Source: Porphyromonadaceae bacterium (GTDB lineage Bacteria > Bacteroidota > Bacteroidia > Bacteroidales > Porphyromonadaceae). From it: DNA of 64,000 nt. Below, piece by piece: positions 37,285-46,651 of this stretch. Each line of letters begins with the position of its first letter. Position 1 is the first letter of the stretch. The DNA lies in assembly GCA_030528445.1 (NCBI GenBank), contig JAUMYV010000001.1, positions 5,968-69,967 on the forward strand, written 5' to 3'. The notes beneath the pieces are model-generated. The model saw only the letters and a list, made by a program, of their open reading frames with translations, was not told where the DNA came from and made no database searches. The position numbers were made by a program, and so were the translations under genes.

Positions 37285-38433
37285 AATTGGTGAATTAATT
37301 GTTTTGGTTTCGTCTTAGTTTGTCTTAAAGATCGCACAAAGGTACGCCTTTTTGTCTGCATACCAATAGATTAGTTTTTGGGGGATAGAAGGCGATGCCA
37401 TTGCTCCTGCTATCATATCTCTATTGGGCTAGTTCTAAGCTCAGTATTCATCATGTGAGTAGGCATGGTGTATATTTTGGATAGATCTCTGTGGTAGCTA
37501 TGAGGGGGAAAGTGCATAAGATGTGTATAACTGGTGTGCATCATGAAAAATTCACTGCTTTACACATTCATTCTACTCGATAAGAGGCGGCGCAGCACGC
37601 GGCGTCGCTACCAACTGAAAACAATAGCCGAAAAAAACGAAGATGTTACAGATCGTTTCTCGCGGATTTGGTTAAAGTATGTAAACGAATTGGCTTCAAA
37701 CTGGGGCAAACGAATAGGTCATTTGGGCGGAATTGGTTTGACTGCGCCCAAAAACTCTAAGTGTTTTTGAGAAATTGTAGGACTAATCCCAGGCGATGTG
37801 TACACACATCCGAAAAGATTAGTGTAGAGAAATTCTGAAATTCTTGCTTCGCTCGGATAAAATCGGACTGAAATTCTTTTTAAATATTTGATTATTAGTT
37901 TCTTGTGAAAGATTTGTTTTAAGGCGTTATTTTCATTCGGCTGGGCCCCAAGGTGCCAAAATGATGTCAAACTCAATCTAGAGCCTTCTAGAGGCCAAAT
38001 ACGCGGTCTGTCGTTTTTGACCTCTCCCAAAGTATTTCTCTCATCAACATTCTGAAAAATGGTCTAAAATATAAATCTTGCTTATTGGCACTTATGTTCC
38101 AATCCTACCTTATTAGCTATTCCTTGTCGATACCTTGTGCTACTCTAGAGAGGTGTGGAAAGATTTTCTATGCAAATGGCGTAAGATGTTCATAAGTGCG
38201 CAATTAATAGATGTTGTGTGATGTGCATAACTCTGTCTATAACTTGTGGTTATTTTGTCTAATGATTGATTTTCAATGCTTTGTGATGAGATTATGCGAT
38301 GTGTATTAGTTGATATGTATAAAGTATTGAAAACAATAATGATATAGTTGGAACGAAAAAAACAAGCCAAAAAACGTTTTTTTCTTACCGATTTATTGGT
38401 CAACTTTGTAGGACGAAAAGAGTACAAAATCAT
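37285..38433. other. Candidate oriC: a 1.1-kb AT-rich non-coding region immediately upstream of dnaA with several near-consensus DnaA boxes and an AT-rich tract
   Basis: TGTGTATAA (37522, 8/9 match to TGTGGATAA), GTTATGCACA (reverse complement at 38225, 8/9), TGTGGTTAT and TGTGGAAAG. The stretch at 38280-38400 is very AT-rich. Confidence 0.4.
37690..38060 (+). repeat. Copy B of the modular intergenic repeat family, inside the dnaA upstream region; near-palindrome GATGTGTACACACATC at 37795-37810
   Basis: Both conserved blocks align with copy A at about 85 percent identity, with a variable AT-rich linker between them. Confidence 0.6.
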
Positions 38434-39873
38434 GTGCTTCTTAATCGCCTTTTTCATCGTCAAATAAATACTGCGCTACACGATATATTTATGCTCGCAC
38501 CAATCAAGTTTACCGAAGACGAGGTCGCATTGGCCTTGAGTCTTTGGGGCAAGTGCCACGCCTTTTTGGTTTCGCTGCTGGATGAAACAGCAGTGAAGAA
38601 CTGGATTGATCCCATTGAACCCTGTGGCCTCAAAGGGGAGGAACTCACGTTGAGGGTTCCGACGGAACACTTCGCCATCTACCTAGAGGAGAACTTCGCC
38701 CGCGAATTTAACCTTATGCTACAGTCCTATGTAGGTGCCAATGCAATCTTGATTTTTGAGTACCGTAGCCAAACGGCTTCTCTCCTCGAAACACCAGCGA
38801 GCAAGCAGGAGGAGATGCCAGCGCGCAAGGTAGAGAACTATGTGAGCTTCCTCAACGATGCTCTGCGCTTCGAGACCTTCTACGAGAGTGAGTGTAATCG
38901 TGTAGCCCGTATGATCGCTCAAGGTGTAGCGGAGCGTCCTGGGCAAGCCCCTCTAAACCTCCTTTTCATATACGGCCCTAGCGGGGTAGGCAAGACGCAC
39001 CTCTCCCAAGCCATTGGGCAGAAGGTGCAGGAGCTCCACCCAAATATGCGCGTGTGCTACGTCTCTAGTGCCAAGTTTGAGGCTCAGTACGTCCACGATG
39101 CACGCTTCCGCGAGCGTGGGTCATTCATTGAGTTCTATCAGCAAATGGATGTCCTAATCATCGACGATATCCAAGGTCTTGTGGGTAAGGAGAAGACGCA
39201 ACAGGCCTTTTTCGAGATTTTCAATCACCTCTACTTGCTCAACAAGCAGATAGTCCTAACGGCGGATATACCGCCAGTGGAGTTTCGTGGCATTGAGAAC
39301 CGCATTTTTACTCGCATCCAAAGCTCTGTGATGATTCCACTCGAGCGCCCAGATATTGAGCTTAGGCGTAAGATCCTGCGTAGCAAAGTGGCAGAGAGTG
39401 GCGTGCAGCTTGGCGACGAGATCGTGGAGTTCATCGCCGAGAATATGCAAAATAACGTCCGCGAGCTAGATGGTGCGATCAAGACCCTTGTGATTCGAGC
39501 ACAGATCAATCAGAGGGAGATTAATATGAACGATGTTCGCCAGGTCGTGTGCTCCTCAATCAGCATGGAGAAGCCCGAGATCACGATGGATCGCATACAG
39601 CAGCTTGTGGCTCAAGAGTACAATATCGAGGTGGCTCAGCTACGTAGCAGTACGCGCCGTGCCGATATAGCTCTGCCTAGACAGATCGTGATGTACATGA
39701 CTAAGAAGCACACCGACCACTCCTACAACGCCATTGCCGAGCGTCTAGGACGCAAGAACCATACGACCGTGATGCACGGAGTCAAGGCCGTGGGCGATAG
39801 GATGAGCGTCGATGAGGGCTTCCGACAGACGATGACGCAGCTAGAGACTCTGCTCATGCAACCAGCTTTCTAG
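38434..39873 (+). CDS. dnaA: chromosomal replication initiator protein
   Basis: 479 aa with Walker A GPSGVGKTHL, an AAA+ core and a C-terminal DnaA-box-binding domain. Confidence 0.95.
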   Translation: MLLNRLFHRQINTALHDIFMLAPIKFTEDEVALALSLWGKCHAFLVSLLDETAVKNWIDPIEPCGLKGEELTLRVPTEHFAIYLEENFAREFNLMLQSYVGANAILIFEYRSQTASLLETPASKQEEMPARKVENYVSFLNDALRFETFYESECNRVARMIAQGVAERPGQAPLNLLFIYGPSGVGKTHLSQAIGQKVQELHPNMRVCYVSSAKFEAQYVHDARFRERGSFIEFYQQMDVLIIDDIQGLVGKEKTQQAFFEIFNHLYLLNKQIVLTADIPPVEFRGIENRIFTRIQSSVMIPLERPDIELRRKILRSKVAESGVQLGDEIVEFIAENMQNNVRELDGAIKTLVIRAQINQREINMNDVRQVVCSSISMEKPEITMDRIQQLVAQEYNIEVAQLRSSTRRADIALPRQIVMYMTKKHTDHSYNAIAERLGRKNHTTVMHGVKAVGDRMSVDEGFRQTMTQLETLLMQPAF

Positions 39874-39898
39874 TACACAGATACCAAATACTCTACGA

Positions 39899-39934
39899 GG
39901 GGCTGTGGCAAAATTCGTTTTTGCTCGCAGCCCC
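39899..39934 (+). terminator. rho-independent terminator of dnaA
   Basis: GGGGCTGTGGCAAAATTCGTTTTTGCTCGCAGCCCC followed by TTTAT. Confidence 0.55.
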
Positions 39935-39940
39935 TTTATA

Positions 39941-40062
39941 GGTGTTTCAGAATGCGCAAAATGCAAGGCGCTAAGACTGAGGCTGACGGGAGCATACTCT
40001 AGTATGTGACCGAAGCCGAATGTCGTAAGCAACGCCGCAGTTTGTGCATTCTGAAACACCGT
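39941..40062. repeat. A ~120-nt element bounded by a 20-bp inverted repeat (GTGTTTCAGAATGCGCAAA … TTTGTGCATTCTGAAACAC); candidate structured RNA or small repeat
   Basis: The arms pair with one mismatch. The arm motif GCATTTTGYRCATTCTGA recurs at 57242-57256 (reverse complement) and 57388-57405. Confidence 0.3.
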
Positions 40063-40281
40063 CAAGCGTTTCGGAGTACGCAATGTGCAAGTCGTTTGAT
40101 TCCGTAAGTATTTCTCGGGAAAAGTAATATCTTTGCTCAAAACTTTGGAGGATAGAGATAAACTCATGTAGAGATCACTCGTGATGGTGGTGCGTCAGTT
40201 TGCCTCGTTGCGACCTGCTCTACCCTTGTCAAGCTAAGCCGATGTTAGTTTAATCCCAACCACAATCCATACATTCGACCG

Positions 40282-42873
40282 ATGCAATTGAAATACTTGT
40301 TTACTGCAATCTGTGTCCTCTCGCTCTCTTGGAGTAGCCAGGCAGACCCTGTAGATAGAGCGCAAGCCACAAAGCTGGCTTCACGCTACGTGCGCCTACA
40401 TCCCAGCTACGAGACTCAGCTACGGGCCTCTCTAGAGGCAGACTGCGAGCCTGCCTATTACATCTTCAACGACAGAGATCGGGAGGGCTTTGTGATTATT
40501 TCGGGAGACGACCGCACTGCGCCCGTTCTCGGCTATGGCTCATCTGGAGAGCTCGACCCTAAGAAGCTACCCGAGCCATTGGCTAGGCTTCTAGCCATGC
40601 ACACCGAGCGTCTAGAGAAGATGAGAGGTGCGATGCTTATCCCTGGTGTCCCTATACCTATCCCCAAACCCAATCCTAAAGCTATCAAGGGTCCACTACT
40701 CCGTTCACTTTGGAATCAGAGTGCTCCTTTCAATGATCAAGCTCCCCTCATTGGCTCTCAGCGAGCCGTCACGGGGTGCGTGGCTACGGCTATGGCACAG
40801 CTCATGTACTACCATAAGTGGCCCATCAGAGGGCTAGGTTCGCATAGCTATCGGCATAGTACGGGGACGCTCTCGGTAAACTTCGCCGAGTCGGTCTATG
40901 ACTGGGAGCATATGCTCGATGAATATGCCTACGACGATCCTTTGGGCGACCCCAAGAGGCGTAAACCTCTGTGGAATGATGTGCAGGCTCGTGCCGTGGC
41001 CAAGCTGATGTTGGACGCTGGCATTGCCATCAGCACGGGCTATAATCTGAGCGACTCGGGCAGTGGCTCGAATGTGGGTGAGGCTGAGAGAGCTTTGGCT
41101 AAGTACTTTGGATACCGCACCAAGACTGTCTACCGCAACTACACGCCTAGCCACAAGGTTTTGGCTGCTATCAAACAGGAACTGGATCGGGATAACCCGA
41201 TCCTCATGGTGGGCTCCCAAAAAACTTCGGGACATGCTTGGGTGCTGGACGGTTATGATGAGAATGGCTATCTACACGTCAACTGGGGGTGGGGTGGATT
41301 GAGCAATGGCTATTTTGCTCTGAGCTTCATGAGCCCCGACAATGCTGGTATCGGCGGCTTTGTGGGTGGCTATAACCAAGGACAAGTTCTCCTCTTGGCT
41401 CATCCAAACCGAGAGGGTAGCGAGGGGTTTGCCTCTGAGCCTGATGACTGCTTATATCTTCTCCCCAAGGCAGGACTCAGATTTCATCAAAGTTTGACAG
41501 ACCTCTCCCGTCGAGAAATAGGTATCAGGATAGAGCGTTTGGCTAAGCAAAAGAATCCTACTTATAAGGCAGAGATAGCCATTGCCCTACGCAATAGCCA
41601 AGGGGAGCAGCTACAGCTTACCCCTCATAGCACGAGTCTTGAGGGGCAAGAGCATAACGGAGTGTACCGAGATATTGTGATGACGGTCTCTCTGCCCGAG
41701 GAGCTAGCCGATGGAGCCTATAGTCTGCACACGATGTATCGGGCAGCTGGCCACGACAGCGCCCCGTGGCTAGAGGTCAGCAATGATATCCCGCTTTACT
41801 TCTCAGTCAAGGCCGGGGCGATCGTTTTACCTCCTCTAGCCGAACAGACCGACCTCGTCCTGCGCCTAACCGAGCAGCCTAGACAGCTCACCCCCTTCTG
41901 GCAGGGGCAGTCTGCCAGTGTGCTGCTCTCGGTAGACAACCCCACGCCCTTCGACTCGGAGTTTGGTGATATTATGCTACGGCTCAAGAAAGATGGCAAG
42001 AGCTATGAGGTCTCTGTCGAGCAATTCCGTTTTCATGACCATAGCCGATACGCTGGGATTGTGTCTGTGCCCTCTACGCATCCTCGCCCCTTGGAGGTTG
42101 GGCTGTACGATGTAGAGTTTTTCTTTCGCCGCCCTGGTCTCGACCAGACGATCGTCAATGATTTTGGCCCTTTTCAGCTCGAAGTGTTGGAGAGTGCGGG
42201 CAAGCCCCTCGTGGTATTGGCCCAGGACTATGCTAGTCGCAATGGCATGAGTAGAAGCCTTATGCTCAGGAGGGGAACAGAGGAGTGGAACGACGAGCGC
42301 CTAGACCTCAAAAGCCTCGAAGGGAATGGGCTTACCGCACATGCGATACTCTTCAACAAAGGAGCCGTGCCCTATCATGGGCCTATAACCTTTGCCCTTG
42401 TGGATGCAGTCACGGGAGATAGGCATATCTTGGAGACTAAGCTAGAGCAGACGATAGAGCCTAATGCGCTGAGAGATGATCTGTTGGTGCAGATTCCCTA
42501 TGCCCTACTAGAGAGCCTCCCCAAAGAGCGGAGGTATGATCTTCGCATTTTCGCTAGTATCGATGGTCAGGAGCGAGAGGTTTGGGCCGAGAAGGTTTAT
42601 CGCCGTGCGCTGATCATTACTGGTATCAATGCCGCTCCCATCGCGGAAGTTAGCTACCTTGAGGAGATTCCCTCGGTAACACTTACAGATCGCCACATCG
42701 TCTTGTCAGGGTTCTGTGTTGGAGAGCAAATCTGGATAATAAATTTGAGCGGTCAGGTCGTCTATCAGGCGACGATGCCAGAGATGCGCGAAGTGCAACT
42801 CCCGATCTCGGGGTTTTCGGCTGGGATATATATTGTCTGCATCCAAGGATATAGGTGCAAGTTGATTGTCTGA
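40282..42873 (+). CDS. C10-family (streptopain/PrtT-like) cysteine peptidase with a T9SS C-terminal sorting domain
   Basis: 863 aa with a signal peptide. GCVATAMAQLMYYH is the catalytic-Cys context and HAWVLDGYDENGYLHVNWGWGG the catalytic-His context. The C-terminal ~80 aa, ending …GIYIVCIQGYRCKLIV, resemble a Por-secretion CTD. Confidence 0.7.
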   Translation: MQLKYLFTAICVLSLSWSSQADPVDRAQATKLASRYVRLHPSYETQLRASLEADCEPAYYIFNDRDREGFVIISGDDRTAPVLGYGSSGELDPKKLPEPLARLLAMHTERLEKMRGAMLIPGVPIPIPKPNPKAIKGPLLRSLWNQSAPFNDQAPLIGSQRAVTGCVATAMAQLMYYHKWPIRGLGSHSYRHSTGTLSVNFAESVYDWEHMLDEYAYDDPLGDPKRRKPLWNDVQARAVAKLMLDAGIAISTGYNLSDSGSGSNVGEAERALAKYFGYRTKTVYRNYTPSHKVLAAIKQELDRDNPILMVGSQKTSGHAWVLDGYDENGYLHVNWGWGGLSNGYFALSFMSPDNAGIGGFVGGYNQGQVLLLAHPNREGSEGFASEPDDCLYLLPKAGLRFHQSLTDLSRREIGIRIERLAKQKNPTYKAEIAIALRNSQGEQLQLTPHSTSLEGQEHNGVYRDIVMTVSLPEELADGAYSLHTMYRAAGHDSAPWLEVSNDIPLYFSVKAGAIVLPPLAEQTDLVLRLTEQPRQLTPFWQGQSASVLLSVDNPTPFDSEFGDIMLRLKKDGKSYEVSVEQFRFHDHSRYAGIVSVPSTHPRPLEVGLYDVEFFFRRPGLDQTIVNDFGPFQLEVLESAGKPLVVLAQDYASRNGMSRSLMLRRGTEEWNDERLDLKSLEGNGLTAHAILFNKGAVPYHGPITFALVDAVTGDRHILETKLEQTIEPNALRDDLLVQIPYALLESLPKERRYDLRIFASIDGQEREVWAEKVYRRALIITGINAAPIAEVSYLEEIPSVTLTDRHIVLSGFCVGEQIWIINLSGQVVYQATMPEMREVQLPISGFSAGIYIVCIQGYRCKLIV

Positions 42874-43002
42874 GCGGTGAGCAAAGAACGAACTTAGGTC
42901 AGGGAAATTATGTACCTTGCGTTGTTTTTGGCATTCAGTACCCTCCCGATCTGTTTGCCATAGCGCTAGTCAACAATAGCAACCTCAATACTTATTATAC
43001 GT

Positions 43003-43911
43003 ATGGCATTTATAGATGTACAGCATGTTAGCAAGCATTATGCTGCACATACCGCCCTAGACGACGTTAGTCTATCCGTCCAAGCTGGGCGTGTCTTCGG
43101 TCTGCTTGGCCCTAATGGAGCGGGCAAAACATCGCTCATCCGCATCATTAACCGTATCACGGCTCCAGATAGCGGGACAATCCTCTTCGATGGTCATCCA
43201 CTCAAATCTGAGGATGTAGCACGTATCGGTTACCTCCCCGAGGAGCGCGGACTATACCGCAAGATGAAAGTGGGCGATCAGGCTATTTATCTCTCTCGTC
43301 TCAAAGGGCTCTGCAAGGCCGAGGCCAAAAAACGCCTAGAGCAATGGTTTGAGAAGTTTGACATCATGCCTTGGTGGGATAAGAAGGTCGAGGAGCTCTC
43401 CAAGGGGATGCAGCAGAAAGTACAGTTCATCTGCACTGTGCTACACGAACCCGATCTGCTGATTTTCGACGAGCCCTTTAGTGGCTTCGACCCCGTCAAT
43501 GCCGAGCTACTCAAAAGCGAAATTCTACAGCTAAGAGACCAAGGGCGTACGATCATCTTCTCCACCCACAATATGCAAAGTGTGGAGGAGGTGTGCGACG
43601 ACATTGCCCTAATCAATCGCTCGCGTCTAGTACTTAGTGGCACAGTGGAGGAGATCCGTGCCCGATATGCCAGCCCGTACGTGGAGCTACGCGTAGATAA
43701 GGGGCTCTCGACCGAAGATCTAGAGCACATTAGCCCTATTAGCTCCAAGCTACACCAAGGGCAGATGGTGCTCAAACTGATGCGTCGCGAAGGGGAGAGC
43801 AATAGAGCGCTTATCAACCGACTACCCGAGCATATCAATATCCTAGAGTTTCACCAAGAGATTCCATCAATGCATGAGATCTTCCTAAATACAGTGCAGA
43901 ACCATGATTAA
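43003..43911 (+). CDS. ABC transporter ATP-binding protein
   Basis: 302 aa with Walker A GPNGAGKTS, signature LSKGMQQKV and Walker B. Confidence 0.85.
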   Translation: MAFIDVQHVSKHYAAHTALDDVSLSVQAGRVFGLLGPNGAGKTSLIRIINRITAPDSGTILFDGHPLKSEDVARIGYLPEERGLYRKMKVGDQAIYLSRLKGLCKAEAKKRLEQWFEKFDIMPWWDKKVEELSKGMQQKVQFICTVLHEPDLLIFDEPFSGFDPVNAELLKSEILQLRDQGRTIIFSTHNMQSVEEVCDDIALINRSRLVLSGTVEEIRARYASPYVELRVDKGLSTEDLEHISPISSKLHQGQMVLKLMRREGESNRALINRLPEHINILEFHQEIPSMHEIFLNTVQNHD

Positions 43912-45223
43912 CTATGGCAAAATAGGGCTGGTCATCCAGCGCGAATACATCACACGTGTCGCCAAGAAGAGCTTTATCCTTATCACGCTACTTGCCCCAC
44001 TAGTCTTCGTTCTGATAGCAACCATTCCGATTCTGCTCAGCCAAATGGACAAAGGCGAGCAGCAACTAGTAGCGGTAATCGACCGCACTGGGCAGTATGC
44101 TCCGCTACTGGAAGATACGGATCAGTATCGCTTCGTCGTAGCAGACAAGAGTGCCAACGAATATCGCTCTGCTGGTAGCGAGCAGGAGATCACGGCTGTG
44201 CTAGAGATCACAGAGGATCTAGGTGTATCCCCCAAGGCAATCAACCTATTCTCGTTCAAGACTCTACCCACAGGTCTAGAGCGGTACATCAACAGCCTGC
44301 TCTCGGAGTATGTAACTGACCAAAAAATCGCTTCGCACAATATCCCCGAGCTCAAGGAGATCATCCGTACGAGCAAGGTCGATATTGTTGCCAATACCTA
44401 TAAGTGGACGGAAGATGGTGCAGAGAATGTCAGCTCTGGGGCAGCCTCCAGTGTGATTGGGCTGGTGCTTAGCTTCATCAGCTATATGTTCATCATGCTC
44501 TACGGTGGGATGATTATCCAGAGCGTCATAGAGGAGAAAAAGAGCCGTATCGTGGAGGTGATGGTATCCTCCGTTCGTCCCTTCGAGCTGATGATGGGGA
44601 AAATCATCGGAATCGGTCTAGTTGGTCTAACGCAGATTTTCATTTGGGTCGTGGCATTGATTGGGATCAGTCTAGCTGCCCAATTCTTCCTCATCGGCAG
44701 TCTGTATAGCCCAGAGGCTTTGGCTGCGGCGCAGAGTAGCGGGAGCCTATCGGCAAGTGAGCTACAGGCTGCCTCGGATATTTTCGGCGTGATGGAGGGG
44801 ATCAACTTCTTCCAGATGATTGTATTCTTTGTGCTGTTTTTCATCGGGGGCTATCTGCTCTATGCCTCGGTGCTTGCAGCTCTCGCCTCTTCGGTATCGA
44901 GCGACGAGGATGCGGGCCAGCTGATGCTTCCCGTGACGATGATTATGGTCTTCTCTCTCTATGTGGGTATGGCTGCAGCCGACAATCCCGAGGGCAATCT
45001 GGCCTTCTGGACTTCGCTCATTCCATTTACGTCTCCCATCGTCATGATGTCGCGCCTAGCCTACGATGTGCCAATATGGGAGCAAATTCTTAGCCTTGTG
45101 CTACTCTTTGGGTTTTCAATCCTGCTTACCTACTTCGGAGCTAAGATCTACCGTGTCGGCATCCTGATGTATGGCAAGAAGCCTTCGCTCAAGGAGCTAT
45201 GGAAATGGATGAATTACAAGTAA
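43904..45223 (+). CDS. ABC-2 family transporter permease
   Basis: 439 aa with an N-terminal TM segment, a large extracytoplasmic loop and a C-terminal 5-TM bundle; overlaps the ATPase gene by 8 bp. Confidence 0.7.
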   Translation: MINYGKIGLVIQREYITRVAKKSFILITLLAPLVFVLIATIPILLSQMDKGEQQLVAVIDRTGQYAPLLEDTDQYRFVVADKSANEYRSAGSEQEITAVLEITEDLGVSPKAINLFSFKTLPTGLERYINSLLSEYVTDQKIASHNIPELKEIIRTSKVDIVANTYKWTEDGAENVSSGAASSVIGLVLSFISYMFIMLYGGMIIQSVIEEKKSRIVEVMVSSVRPFELMMGKIIGIGLVGLTQIFIWVVALIGISLAAQFFLIGSLYSPEALAAAQSSGSLSASELQAASDIFGVMEGINFFQMIVFFVLFFIGGYLLYASVLAALASSVSSDEDAGQLMLPVTMIMVFSLYVGMAAADNPEGNLAFWTSLIPFTSPIVMMSRLAYDVPIWEQILSLVLLFGFSILLTYFGAKIYRVGILMYGKKPSLKELWKWMNYK

Positions 45224-45236
45224 CAGCCTAGAGAAG

Positions 45237-45716
45237 ATGAGCCCAGAGAAGATCAAAGTCCTATTTGTGTGTCTAGGGAATATCTGTCGTTCACCATCTG
45301 CCGAGGGTGTATTCCTACATTACCTCAAGCGTGAGGGATTGGCCGAACGATTCGAAATCGACTCGGCTGGCACTTCGGCGTATCACGAGGGCGAGCGTGC
45401 CGATGGTCGGATGCGTGCCCATGCCGCGCGCAGAGGGTATGACCTCCTATCGCTTAGTCGTCCCGTAAGGTATGAGGATTTCTTTCATTACGACTATATC
45501 ATCGGGATGGACGAGGCGAATAGGCGTACGCTACTCGAGCGAGCTCCGACCGAGGAGTCTGCCAGCAAGATCAGCATCCTAACGGATTGGGCGCCTAACC
45601 CCCTTCGAGATCATGTCCCCGACCCATACTACGGCGGTAGCGAAGGCTTCGAGCTAGTCCTCGACCTAATCGAATACTGCTGTCCGCATCTGGCTAATAA
45701 GATGCTAGAGCAATAG
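45237..45716 (+). CDS. low-molecular-weight protein-tyrosine phosphatase
   Basis: 159 aa with a CLGNICRS CX5R P-loop and a DPYY motif. Confidence 0.85.
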   Translation: MSPEKIKVLFVCLGNICRSPSAEGVFLHYLKREGLAERFEIDSAGTSAYHEGERADGRMRAHAARRGYDLLSLSRPVRYEDFFHYDYIIGMDEANRRTLLERAPTEESASKISILTDWAPNPLRDHVPDPYYGGSEGFELVLDLIEYCCPHLANKMLEQ

Positions 45717-45736
45717 AAGAAGCATTAAGAAAAAGA

Positions 45737-45777
45737 AAGCCCCCTGCCATCGTGAAGATACACTTGGCAGGGGGCTT
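45737..45777. terminator. Bidirectional terminator between the phosphatase gene (+) and nagB (-)
   Basis: AAGCCCCCTGCCA…TGGCAGGGGGCTT, flanked by an A-run and a T-rich stretch. Confidence 0.5.
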
Positions 45778-45807
45778 TCGTCCTCTGTAGGAGTATTAAG
45801 CGAGAGC

Positions 45808-46602
45808 TTATAGGTTGCCGCGTTCAATATCCTTGAAATAATTGTAGGTGCCTACCTTTAGTTCTAGACAAGCTGCCTCATCGCAGACGATGATGCCGTG
45901 AGGATGTAGCTGTAGGGCGGTGATCGTCCACATTTGGTTTACCGAACCCTCTACGGCCTGCTGTAGAGCACGTGCCTTGGCATGACCATTCACAAGAATC
46001 AGAACCTCACGCGCATCCATCACTGTACCTACCCCGACAGTCATAGCAGTCTTAGGTACCTTATTGACATCACCCTCGAAGAAGCGAGAGTTGGCGATGA
46101 TCGTATCGGTTGTCAGGGTCTTGACGCGAGTACGAGAGGAGAGCGAAGAGCCTGGCTCATTGAATGCAATATGACCATCGGGGCCAATACCACCGAGGAA
46201 GAGATCGATGCCTCCAGCCTTGACGATTGCAGCTTCGTACGCAGCACATTCGGCCGCAGGGTCTGGAGCATTGCCATCGAGGATGTGCACATGCTCGGGA
46301 TTGATGTCGATGTGGTTGAAGAAATTATTCCACATGAACGAGTGGTAGCTCTGCGGATGATCTTGAGCCAAGCCAATATATTCGTCCATATTGAACGTTA
46401 CGACCTGGGCGAAAGATACACGCCCAGCCTTGTGTGCTTCAACTAAGGCACGATACATACCTAGAGGCGAAGATCCAGTAGGTAACCCAAGCACAAAATG
46501 AGGATGATCTGTCGTAGGAACGAAAGCGTTGATACGAGCAATCACATACTCGGCAGCCCAAGAGGCTATAGCTTGAGCATCTGGCTGAATGATTAGTCTC
46601 AT
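45808..46602 (-). CDS. nagB: glucosamine-6-phosphate deaminase
   Basis: 264 aa, canonical NagB. Confidence 0.9.
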   Translation of the reverse strand: MRLIIQPDAQAIASWAAEYVIARINAFVPTTDHPHFVLGLPTGSSPLGMYRALVEAHKAGRVSFAQVVTFNMDEYIGLAQDHPQSYHSFMWNNFFNHIDINPEHVHILDGNAPDPAAECAAYEAAIVKAGGIDLFLGGIGPDGHIAFNEPGSSLSSRTRVKTLTTDTIIANSRFFEGDVNKVPKTAMTVGVGTVMDAREVLILVNGHAKARALQQAVEGSVNQMWTITALQLHPHGIIVCDEAACLELKVGTYNYFKDIERGNL

Positions 46603-46651
46603 TTATATATTTCTATTAGTTTGATGATGTCCTATTGTAAGATGCTAGGCA

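Noticed and set aside
38140-38463. 107-aa minus-strand ORF and 78-aa plus-strand ORF (37534-37770) inside the dnaA upstream region
   Set aside because: The sequence is AT-rich and low-complexity. One ORF overlaps the repeat copy and DnaA-box-like sites and runs into the dnaA start. Origin regions commonly yield such spurious frames.
39841-40167. 108-aa minus-strand ORF downstream of dnaA
   Set aside because: It sits on the dnaA terminator and the inverted-repeat element and has no start context. It is better explained as a non-coding structured region.
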